From Guillardia theta CCMP2712 (lineage: Eukaryota; Protista; Cryptophyta), in the NCBI RefSeq assembly GCF_000315625.1, contig NW_005434665.1:136969-200968 (forward strand): DNA of 64,000 nucleotides, in the 5' to 3' direction. Below the pieces are notes generated by a model. The model saw only the letters and a list, made by a program, of their open reading frames with translations, was not told where the DNA came from and did not search any database. This document shows, piece after piece, positions 12,783-23,518 of this stretch. Made by a program: the position numbers and the translations under genes. The first letter of the stretch is position 1; the number at the start of each line of letters is the position of its first letter.

Positions 12783-15759
12783 GAGGGGGGAGTGCCCTTG
12801 CCAAAAGCTACAGTTTCCTCAGTTCATACTCAAGCGCTGCACTTTGGCACGGCCAACCGGGGCATTGTCCCGTGCATGTAGTAAAGAAAGCCCTGCAGTT
12901 AACCCCTAAAGGTTCATAGAAGGCTCCAGACGATTCGATTGGCGAAACGAGGCATGAAAGTGGCATGATGCTGACAGATTTGGATGCGCCTCGCACCTCA
13001 TCGCAGCAGAAAGCGTTAGGATGAGGTCCATGAGGTGGGAGAGCGGGGTGGTGACTTCTAGTAAAAGGAGGGGTCCCCCGCACTCCGAGTACTCCCCAGC
13101 CATGGAGATGCGCTCCGGTTATTGAAACATGATAGACTCTTGAATGGAGCCTGCACGGCTGTGGCTTGCACAGCAGCGGCATCATGATCTGGTGATCGGC
13201 GACCGGATCTCGTGTAGTAAACTGGAATGACTCATCCGGTGTCCGAGTCAGTACGGTCACTCAGTGGAGAGTCGGATCCGATGAAGATGATCAGCAGCGG
13301 CCACTGCCGGCCGACCGGGTGACGGACCCGGTGTCGGCCGGCCAGGCCCTGTGCGGCCCGTACCTTGAACTTTCCAAGAGTCAACTCGCCGCGGGACGGT
13401 GACTGCTGCTTTACTCAAAGTTAAGTGCAGCCTGTCACAAGTTCAACGGCCCGGCGGGCCGGCCGGGCGGCGGCCCGGACCGTGGCCGAGTCACACCGTC
13501 CTGAGTACGGGCCGGGCCGGTCCGATGGCAGACTCCGAACTGGCCGAGTCCGCGGGGCGCCCCACGGTGCCAGGGCACCCGGGACGGTCACTGCACGGCC
13601 ACTGGACCGGCCGCGATCTGCCCGGTGGCATGTGTTGTCGGTCGAGGCATCCGATGCAATCCACGGGGGCCGTGCCTTGCTCGGCCAACAGTGTCACCAA
13701 GTAATTTACTACAGGAATTTCCCAAAGGATGAGTCCTTTATAGGGTCCCAAGTACATCCCTATTTGAAACGATGTATCTCCAGACTAGCTTTACTCCTAT
13801 GAAGAAAACTCCAGAAGGATAACATGAGGTAATCATCCATGACGAAGTCGTGTAGTAGCCATGCAGGGACTGGGGCCCGTGCAAAGGCTGACAACCTCCC
13901 TCAGGTCCCGTGCCATGCTGAACCTGTCTGTGTACCTCCTATTCCGCCCCCTCTCCTACTGCCTCCCTTCCTCTACCTCTTCCCTCCACTCGGCCATTCG
14001 CCCCCATTACATCCAAGAAAGACACATTTACTCCATGTGTGCCATATTGTCTTGCTGCACTACATCCCTCTGACTCCCTCTGCCTCCTCTTGCTCTCTGC
14101 CTCTCTCTGTGCGTTTGCCTTTCCCTCCCCAGACCCAAAACTTTGCCACCGAACTTTCGCTTCCTTCCTTCTGACCCTCTGCCTTCCCACCCCCCCGGGC
14201 CTTCCTCTCCCATGATCGGCAGCTACAATTATGCTGCATTTTTCCTTTAAATTCACTAGTATGAAAATACCTTCAAAGCAATGATGGAAATGCTGTCGAT
14301 CAAACAGCTCACCTTTCATCTGGTCATGACAGGATGAACTTGGAGCTTAGCTCAATAAGAACTTGCGCTGGAATTTCTCTACTAAGAGGAACGCAGTGTG
14401 ACAAAAGGACGTCTATCTTTCTTTATTCTCACACAACCAACAAAACAAGCCAACACGCACTGGTGTAGCACAAACAGACGTGGCACACACACGAAAGGGG
14501 AAGATGACCATCGAGTTCTGACGAGGATGATCCTTTTCTACCTTCCAAGAAGGAGGCAGGAGTACCGTCTCTTGGCTGAGGGAAGCAGGAGTTGTGATCT
14601 CTCCTTGGAAGTTGACAAGCTTCCCTCCTCAGATGTTGAACATCCCTTCAGCTCTTCGTCCTTTTCAGCAGACTCACACTGGAGTAGAGTATCCTCAGGG
14701 CCTTAGTAATCCAGGAGAAGGCAGTTTCGAACACGAATGCGAGACAGCCAACTATCCTTTCCTTTCGCAGTATCATGAGTATTTTTTTACGCAAAGTTAA
14801 GTGAGTATCATCCGATTCTCGGACTCAGACTTTGAGTAAACGGACAGACAGTGACTCAGGCTTTTACTCAAAGTTAAGTCAGGCTACTCCGACTCTCGCT
14901 GTCTTTCAAGTTCTCTGATCTCAGTTTAACTTAAACTTGACTGCGACGGTGAGTAAAGAAGAGTCAACGGCGGCCGTCGGACGGTCCGATCACACAATGA
15001 CCGGCGACGGTCACCGTCTGAGTACGGTCCGATCATACGACTAGCGGCCGGAACTCGTCGGAAGCCTGGGCGGCGGGGAGCCTTCGGCGGAGCGGCTGGG
15101 GCTGCCACCGGTGACCTCGGACGGTGGCCGCCGGGGAACTCAGCGCGGCGGCTCAGTGAGACGGTGCCAGACTCAGAGTACCGTTGACCGTGAGTCGGAC
15201 TCCGATATCGGACCGTCGCGCCGCCCTACACCGGTGACACGGGCCGCCCCCGCCGGCGCCCGGGCCCGGCACCCGGGTGCCGTGATTTCAACTTAGTTTC
15301 GCGGCCGCGGCCGCCTGCCAGTCGGACTCCCGTACTCAGTACGGTGGCCCGCAGTGGCGGAGTCCGACTCGGCCCGGGCTCGGCCGGGCCGGGGGGCTCG
15401 GCCGGGCCGGGGGGCCCGGCCGGGCGGGGCCCCCGCCCGGCGGCCGGCCATACCGGGCAGTTTCCCACCGCTCCCGGCACCTCATTAGTAGTTCATCAAT
15501 TGGGGTACCTTCTTTGATGGGGGTGGGCTGCCTGGTTTGAATTTTTGTACCAGAAATGATTTTTGAGTAATTACATAAAAGTTGTTTTTGAGAGATTTTA
15601 GGATGTATATATGGTACAAAAGCTCCTGGCAACCCCTCTGAATGACCCGGATCCTGAGCACCCCTGTCGAAGCGGATGGCTTTTTGTGATAGCGTCGGGA
15701 GTGCATCCCCCCCTCAGCTCTGCAAGCATAAGCTGTCCTACTATTCGGGATAACGCTTC

Positions 15760-17031
15760 ATGAAGCTCTTCACCTTCTCGACGAGGTCTGGCGGCTTCCT
15801 AGTCCCAACCATCCCCCGCCCCTCCAACCAATCCCCCGTCCCTCCAACCATCCCCCGCCCCTCCAACATGCGTTCTCCCCGCATTTCAAGAGTTGCCGCC
15901 CAAGAAGGGAGGGAGAAAATCAGAAGGGTAACGCTAGTGATGGATGATGACGGGGAAACTCGGAAGCTTGAGAGAGATTGTGTACCTCAAATGATCAAAA
16001 TCCCTTTTTTCTTCTCTCGGATGTTATTTCAGGAAGACACTGACGCTCCTCAACTTGTGCTTTGTGGTAGTAGAGAATCGCAAAAGCGCGAATTTCTAAA
16101 ACCAAGTATGGGAATCTCGTTCTTGGACGTCAACAAACAACTCCGGCATGGTATGATACGAAAAGTAACCGAGAGTCATGTAGATGTTTACATTCTTTAC
16201 ACCAAGGATGTATTGAGACAAGTACAAACCAATGTCTTGAGTGGAGCTCGCTTGACGCAATTCATCTCTAGCCTTGATGATCATGAGTGCTTGCAGAGCA
16301 TCTACACGGACCAAGTTCCATTGCAAGACATTCAGGAAACTGTATTGCTGAACTATGCCCAATTCTCTGTAAGGACTATGCGGTGCAATAGCTTACTGAT
16401 CGTTGGGTGGTTGTACTTCGGAATGCCAGGACGCAAAAGTCAAGAATGTCAATTTTCTTACTTCAATACCATGACGGTTTTACCCCAGCAACTGAAAAAC
16501 TTTGTCGATGTCACTCTTCTGCTTCAACTTACAAATACCATTGAACTTCACTGGGAATTGGAATCGATCAGACGCAGTTTGAACAAGTGGCTGCAGCTGA
16601 GAGGAAAACCAAAGACTCGTTGTCTTGCTGCAGCAAAAGAAGCTCCCTTGAGATTCAATGTGGAGATACAGGATATGCGTGCAATGCTGTTCCTTTTTTC
16701 TGAGATTATGCAAACCGATCCCAATCTTGAAGCAGAGGCAATTAAGTGTTCCACTGTTAGCAAAAGTAGCCTGGTAACATGCTATTGGGTAATTCCTGAG
16801 ACATATCTAAGAACCTCTGTTTTGCAAAAGCACTTGACTATACCCTTTCATGATTCACAACTACGGTTGCCAAATGGGACTGGTAGTATTTACGTGGAGG
16901 GGCCTGTGACAATCAGCTTACGAAGACAGAAAACTGCTAATGAGGCTGGGTTGCTCATTTTCAGATTTTCTAAGATCTATCGTTACGGCTGGACTGGAAA
17001 AGAAATGTGGAGGTTTCCTCCTCTCAAATAG
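15760..17031 (+). CDS. Transposon partner protein (423 aa; alternative start ATG 15868) with a BAH-like segment
   Basis: Long uninterrupted ORF ending 90 bp from the transposase stop. The GMIRKV..HVDVYILYTKD...HECLQSIYTDQVPLQDIQETV segment resembles a BAH domain. Confidence 0.7.
   Translation: MKLFTFSTRSGGFLVPTIPRPSNQSPVPPTIPRPSNMRSPRISRVAAQEGREKIRRVTLVMDDDGETRKLERDCVPQMIKIPFFFSRMLFQEDTDAPQLVLCGSRESQKREFLKPSMGISFLDVNKQLRHGMIRKVTESHVDVYILYTKDVLRQVQTNVLSGARLTQFISSLDDHECLQSIYTDQVPLQDIQETVLLNYAQFSVRTMRCNSLLIVGWLYFGMPGRKSQECQFSYFNTMTVLPQQLKNFVDVTLLLQLTNTIELHWELESIRRSLNKWLQLRGKPKTRCLAAAKEAPLRFNVEIQDMRAMLFLFSEIMQTDPNLEAEAIKCSTVSKSSLVTCYWVIPETYLRTSVLQKHLTIPFHDSQLRLPNGTGSIYVEGPVTISLRRQKTANEAGLLIFRFSKIYRYGWTGKEMWRFPPLK
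15805..15867. repeat. Tandem 19-20 bp repeat CCAACC(A)ATCCCCCGCCCCT, ~3.3 copies
   Basis: Units at 15805-15823, 15824-15843 and 15844-15862, plus a partial copy ending just before ATG 15868. Confidence 0.9.
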
Positions 17032-17121
17032 TTTGTTTATAGCGGCCGGCTTACCAAGTCCATTTCAAGAGTCGTGGCAAGCTCATCCGCGCCAAAGATA
17101 GCACAGAAATAAAATTTTCAT

Positions 17122-19638
17122 TTATGTACTATTCAAAACCACTTGTAATTGTTTTGCTTTGCGTTCTAAATTGAACCAACTTACCATGCTCAGCGATGCT
17201 AAGGCGTAGTAAGACCAGGCTGCTTGGCGCGACTCCATCAAAGGTTCATGTTCTCCTTCACGGCGACGTTTCTTTGAGACGAATGCATTCACCTCTGGTT
17301 GGACTTGAAGATATGAAGGTCTTCCAAAATGTCTGTGGCGATTCTCGACGTTACTAATGTTCAGTAATCCAAGAGGGATCCCATATTGTACCAAACGGTC
17401 GTAGAATTGTTGGCCAATGTGCCCAACAAGGAGCGAGTGGAAGTAGAATGACTGCATCAAAGTAGGATCTCCAACCAGATCGATAATGTTGAGCATGAGA
17501 TTTCTCAATCTTACTGGAACGGTCAAACCGATTTCAAAATTCAGGTTTTCAATTTTTTCAATTTCTTGACACTTCAGCATGCTGCTTAGCAAGTCCCATT
17601 CTTGCATTACTTGAGTCCATTGTTCTCTGTCATCTGCATAGGCAGGATCGCTGTAAAGGGTATTGATAACCACTGCGGCATTTTTGACGAATCGGGCACA
17701 TTGTTCCCCGTTCAATTTTCTATTATGAGACTTCTCAGTGAATTGCACATTCACTCCTTGCTCTTGTAATCGAAGGTTGACTGTCGCGACCTTTCTCATC
17801 TGCGCCGCTTTCTCTTGGAGGCAACCAATAATCATGTTCGTCGTTCTTATGAAAGCATGAAACGAGCAACAAGCTGCTTCGCCGCTGCATCTGTCCATTT
17901 CAATGAGACGAATCACTGGGATCTTTGTTCCAATTTCCATGATCAATTCTGGGTCTTGCAGATAATTTTGCAGTCGAGTCTGATTTTCTTCAGCTAATAA
18001 CTCTTGGAATTCTCCTTCCGAGGTATCGAACATTCGTTGGAAAGCATCGGGACTTTTCAACATTCTGTTTAATTTCTTGATGCCCTCGGTAGACATGACT
18101 AGTCTTTCACACACTTGGGACAGAGTTTCGTCGCAAACGATTGTTTCGATTTCGAAATATTTGCCAGCCTTGTGATCTTTTAGGAGTTCGTTACAGTGGA
18201 GACAGAACTTACCCTCATTGTCGGACATTCCACCAATGCCGTACATATTCCATTGCCCTTGCAAATCAGATCTCTTGACGAACTCCACTTGGATAATCTT
18301 GTCAGGCTTACCACCTGCTAAAGTCTTTTGAAGTCCCCCGACTGCTTGATTGTTGTAGACGTGAATACCTTTCTCCTTCAAGAGATCAATAACTTGATCA
18401 TATGCAGCTCTCACAGTCCTCTGAAAAACCTCAGGACTGTCTCCATATGGAATGTAGGACATCGTCATAAGGCATGATGAACTTCGGACAAGCTTTTGCC
18501 AGAATTTCCATTCTTTCTTCGAACAGTCTACGCCGTAAGGGAAAATGGAAATGGTGACTTCAGTTGCCTTCTGAGGATTGCCAGCCGAGAAAGTCATTGT
18601 TGCACAGTCATAGTTGATCGTGATAACAAGGCGATGCTTCCCGTGAAGTTTGAAGATATCAATCCACTCTTCGACAAGTTGAAGGAGGCCGAGACAATGT
18701 GTCCCATCTGGCAAACAGAACAGTTTGAATCTTTCGCACATCGCATGCTTCTCTTGTACTCTAACCCGTGATATTTTTGGCATTGGAATAAAGCAGCCAG
18801 CCATGCTATCGTTTGCACGACAGAATCCTTGGTACTGCGATTTCGTTATACCGTTTGCTGTCAGGGCAACTGCTGCCTCTCGCGCGCTCGGCATCATTTG
18901 CCTGACCGCAGGTTTCAGGCAGTTTTGAAGCTCCTTATTCGTGGCAAGTTCATTTTTTATGACTGTCTTGAAGGCTTGACTGCTCAGAATGCCTTCAAAG
19001 AACGTAAGGCTATCGTATTTCGAAGTTTTGCACTTCTTCTGCTTTCGAGGCCCCTCGGCCGCTTCCTGTCCAGAGTCATCCTCACACTGGTGGTGAAATA
19101 GATCAGCAAAATGTCCCCATTTCACTCGACAATTGGCCTTGTGTGACGCAAAGTGCCGATCTACCTTCTTCGTGACCACATCTAGAAGGTCCTCATCAGT
19201 GTCACCCTGGATCTTCTTCAGAATCGCTGTTTTCACTTTTGGATCTTTGATAGAATCGTAACAAGCCGGAATTGGTTCATCAGAGTCGGAAATAATCCCT
19301 TCGCGTATGGCTTCATCCACATGATGACTAAAACCTCTCTGCTCCTCATACTCTTGTAAGATTCGAAGCAACAACTCAGGAGATCTACCTGCATCTCAGG
19401 TGTTACAAAGATTTGAATTATACAAATAATCTCTTTTCAAACCTATGGCCTTCAGGCAAGCATTGACATTAGGTTGTCCTTGCCATTTTCCTTGTTTATA
19501 GAGGAAGCCCGCTCGACTTGCCAGAGACTCCCAGGTGAGCAATTCATCGTCTTCCAGGGTGATCGTTTGTTTGCGACGTCTGCACGAACTTCCTTGCAAA
19601 GGTGGGGATGACGGATTTGATAGATTTGGTCCTGACAT
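17122..19638 (-). CDS. RAG1/Transib-like DDE transposase, ~820 aa, two exons (19638-19443 and 19388-17122)
   Basis: A 54-nt GT-AG intron (19389-19442) joins the 80-aa and 750-aa ORFs in frame (..KAIG|RSPELLLR..). Ordered motifs INYD, RSDL, FCLHC, SFHAF, KLNGEQ, YFH-x5-H and SNVEN parallel RAG1 D600, D708, C727/C730, H795, NG, YFH..H and E962. Confidence 0.8.
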
Positions 19639-22440
19639 GGTTAATCAATGTTTTAATGTTCAAAATGCCAGGCCAAATTTCAAGATCCCACTGACATGTC
19701 TCTCAACTTGTGCCGTGGCGACTGGCCTGTGGAAAAAATTCAAATCCCTGAAATAGGGATGGGTGGGGAACAGGGGGGACTACCCTACCCCCTATTTGTG
19801 AAAGCACTAGCAGAAAAGGACCCGGTGACTTCATTCTTGTACTAAACCCAGAAACACAGTACACAATGAATTTGAATCAGGCACAAAATATTTTCGAACC
19901 TTAGTATTGAATTTCTAAGTCTTTTCTACTGTGTTTCCAATTTATATTTATTTTATGATTATCCGTATCCTTCTAAAACGTTTTCGCAGCCTTAAAACAT
20001 GTCGTCTGTTAAAAGTTTCGAGGGGAGTGGGGTGGTCTTGAAGGTTACCGCCCATGACAATTCAAATACCCCACCCCCTATTACTAGATGATAATGGGGG
20101 TAAAAGGGTGCTTCTGTGCGAGGGTAAGTACCCGTATATGAGCAGTCAAAAGTACCGGTCATTGAAAGCGCTAATCAGTAATCCTGGAATTTCATATACC
20201 GGTGCAGCCCCCTGAATCCCAATATGGCGGCGGCGCCGGGTCCGTCAGTGGCAGCCTCAGACCGTGAGCGGCCCTTTCGGAACTTCGGAACTTCGGAACT
20301 TCGGTCGGAGAGTCAAAGTTCCGGTCCCGGACTGACCACTGAGGAGTCCGACGCCGGTCCGGCGGGCCGCGGCCGGGCTGGGCCCGGCGCCGCCGCCGCA
20401 GTGCCGCCTCGCCGACTCCGGGCGGCCGGCCGGGCATGTATACTGACTCTGTGAGACTATTTGAAGCGGCGGTGGCCCGGGCGTGACCCTTCCCAAAGTG
20501 ACAGAATTTCCCATCGTATCAGAGAGGGGTGGGGGTCTTGAATTTCTACTTGAATGTGACATGGGATTGAGAGAGTCCTCTATACCTATGATCTCAATTG
20601 GGAATACCTCTACCATATCGTAGGGGCATGCAGAAGAATGGTCTTGTTGAAGAATTAGAGGGTAGGGGGTGGGTGATTGACAGCAGTGCGAAGGGGCGGA
20701 ACCAGGGAGTAGGGGTCAGCTGTGTTTGCCAGTTCCACCGAGCCTTTGCGGGCGGGTAGGGTGGTATGGAAATAGTAATTAGAAGGGGTACAGGCAACAT
20801 TTGAGGGTAGATGCCATCAATAAAGAGGGTAGGGTACTCTGTGTTGACAGGGGTGTAGAAATTTCAGGAATGTTTTAGAATTGGTGTCGACTAGAGTTGA
20901 GCTCTTCGATTTCAAATTTCTCATAAGATGATTTCAAAGATAAACAGGATGTTATCCAAATTTATCCCAAATGGGTGGGGGTATGATGATGCAGGCAACG
21001 GAGGCGATAGGACATTGCAGATCGGCAATGCTGTAGGCTCCTTTCGCATCTGCTCGACGAAGAAAGAGACATAGGGAAGATGGAAAAGATGAATGAACAA
21101 TAGACGTCGAAGTGAACTCCGAGTGTTGAAACCTGAATGCTGAGCAATGTAGTCTGACGCATGGGTAATACATCCGGGGGGCAAATTGAAATCATTCCAA
21201 CTTCCATGAAATAGGCGGATAGTGAAACAGAGAATCCTACATCTATGTATTTCACAGTAGAACAAAGAGTAGTATGCATTTGTAGAATGTAGAGAGAGGC
21301 CATGAAATTAACCTGATGTGGAAGTGGAAGAGAAGAGGTAACTAAACCAACCAGAATCGGTCGTGAGAGATTTTCGTCGTGGTTGCGAGATCAGGAGAGA
21401 ATAGTTGGGCAGTGAACTTCAACTGCTTATGCTTTGAATACCACAGGAACAAACATTTGAAGCAAGTGAAGAGGTTGAATTTAGTAAATAGCCATCCCCT
21501 GCAGGTGTGGTCGTCTAGTACGGTTGTGAGGTTTTAGAGCATTGATTTGAATTCGCCAAGATGCTGTTTTCAACTCGATTGAACGTAATTGTGCAGGTCA
21601 TGAGAACAAAACTCGAAGGTATTCCAGAACCGCCAAGTGGGTATGTGCCTCCCCTTGGCGCTTCGCACAGAACGTGGACCAACATCTACAAGAACAAGGG
21701 AAGGATTGACTACTGCGTATCTCAATTCTCTGTGAGTGAACGTCTTTGTGCTTCTTGCATTGTTAGTGACAGGATTGACAGTACCTCACTAACCGCTTGA
21801 AGTGCGTGGCAAAGGTATGTTTCTCTTGTTTGCAATAACCAATCAATTCGTCCTAACGACGTCTTCGCAGCTCACCGGCGGTCCGTTCTTGGACTAGAAG
21901 ATCGTATTGAGAACGAAAAACATGGTATGTGTACCCGTCAGGCGGTAAAATACGAATACATATCCCAACCAGTGGGAGTTACGGTTTCGAAATGCAAACT
22001 AGTCATGGATACGTAAATGCATACTTGAGGTCATTTTCTTCACACATGTTGATTCATACTCTGCATAGTGCATAAGATTGCAGAATATTCGGAACATGTT
22101 GACTCTTGCTATGCCAACCATACAACTCTAACCCGGGGATCCCTTGTCTCCTTGAAATCGATGAATTCATGAGGAAGGGACTTGACACACATGCGTGTCC
22201 AGAGAGTAGCCAGGAACCAGCATTCCGAATTCAACTTCTTTCATGCATGATCGGTACTTCGATGCAGCACAAGATGTCGTGATTTCCAGTTTATTGGATA
22301 CAAATAGCAAACAGGAAAGGCGTAAGGCCCTTTACAGGCTCGACCAACACTGTCAGTGTTAGACAAGAACATCCTTTTGTACAAAGACAACAAGGATCGG
22401 TGCTAGTCGTGTCTGTGCATGACGACTAGTCATGACTCAC

Positions 22441-22740
22441 TTACTGCTGCATATAATCGCAGTAGGTGTGGCTGCGTCCACCATCGCAGTTGTTGACGTA
22501 TCCGAAGGAAGGATGCCAGACGGTGCCGAAGAAATCGCTGCCAGTGCCCTGACCATCGTGGCTGGGGGTCGTGCTCTCCTCAGGGTGCTTGAAGACACAA
22601 AGTCAACGAGAATCGAAGAAACAAGGTTTACTCGGCTGTACCTCCCAGTAAGCGTCAGTGCGGTGAGCAGCAGCCGCATCGGGGAAGCCGATGCTGAGGA
22701 GAGACTGACGGGTCTGAGCCAAGAGAGAGAACTGAAACAT
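22441..22740 (-). CDS. Small 81-aa protein, two exons (22740-22642, 22587-22441)
   Basis: Clean splice through a 54-nt GT-AG intron gives MFQFSLLAQTRQSLLSIGFPDAAAAHRTDAYWE|HPEESTTPSHDGQGTGSDFFGTVWHPSFGYVNNCDGGRSHTYCDYMQQ*. Confidence 0.6.
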
Positions 22741-23518
22741 TCGATTAGAGCCAAATTGCAAGAGAGAAAGTAAAATCGATCGCAAACACCACCACGAGAC
22801 AAGTTCTCTGGTCTTGAACCATTCCAAATCGACAAACAACAAGGATATTACGAATTTCCCACATGGTTGAATAACATTTAGCCAGAATATGAACATGCAC
22901 AACCCACATCAGCACGAGAAGACAGTGTCCTCTTCTCAACCGCGCAAGCATTCGAATGCGAGGAGAACGCGGTCGCATGCAAGAGTCGCCTCGCTTACCA
23001 TTTCGTGATCTATTTCGGGCTATCGGGGGAAGAACTTTTTCTAGCCACACGTAACCCTTCAACTCTCGACCTCCAAACTTCTGAAGTTCAAAAGTTGGGA
23101 CCCGGTCCAGAGTTCCAAACTTGAACCGACCGTACGGTTGGCTCAGTGAGCCCGGCCGGCCGGCAGTGACTCGAAGCCCGGCCTGGCAACGGTTGGCCGC
23201 GGCACTGCGGGGGGGGCTTATTAGGGTTTAGACTGCCTTGACTTTGACTACTGGGGGCCGACTGGGTCCGACCCAGGCACCGTCACGCGGCGGTGCCGGT
23301 GCTACCGTATTACCGTACGGTAGTACAGTGGCACACTGAGTCATGCGCACTCCGATCACTCCTCAGCGGCCGGGCGGCCTGGCAGGCGGACAGCCCGGAC
23401 ACTGAGCCTCGGGCCCGGGCAGTGCAGCCACGGTGGCACTCGGAGCCGCGCGGCGGCCCGCCCCGTCTGGCGGCCGCCTCAGCGGCAGTGACGGTTTGAG
23501 TCTGAGTGTCTAAAATAT

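Larger units (their letters stand above)
15449..20226. mobile_element. Putative two-gene cut-and-paste DNA transposon, RAG1/Transib-like (CMC-Transib clade), with convergent ORFs
   Basis: An AT-richer, nearly intronless block interrupts a GC island (GC flanks end at 15448 and resume at 20227). It encodes a DDE transposase and a tail-to-tail second ORF. Both ends read CATAnnGGG inward, and the flanks CCGGC/GCGGC are a possible imperfect 5-bp TSD. Exact ends are tentative. Confidence 0.7.

Noticed and set aside
14993-14999. CACAATG as a possible Transib left terminus (paired with CATAGTG at 22064-22070)
   Set aside because: The similarity does not extend beyond the heptamer, there is no TSD, and it lies inside the GC island as part of a recurrent CGGTCCGATCAC word.
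15760-17031. Calling the partner ORF RAG2
   Set aside because: No kelch GG/Y/W repeats or PHD Cys pattern are visible. Only the gene arrangement is RAG-like.
19855-19868. CACAGT/CACAATG, RSS/Transib heptamer-like words near the transposase 5' end
   Set aside because: Wrong orientation for a right-hand TIR, no nonamer at 12/23 spacing, and no matching partner at the left end.
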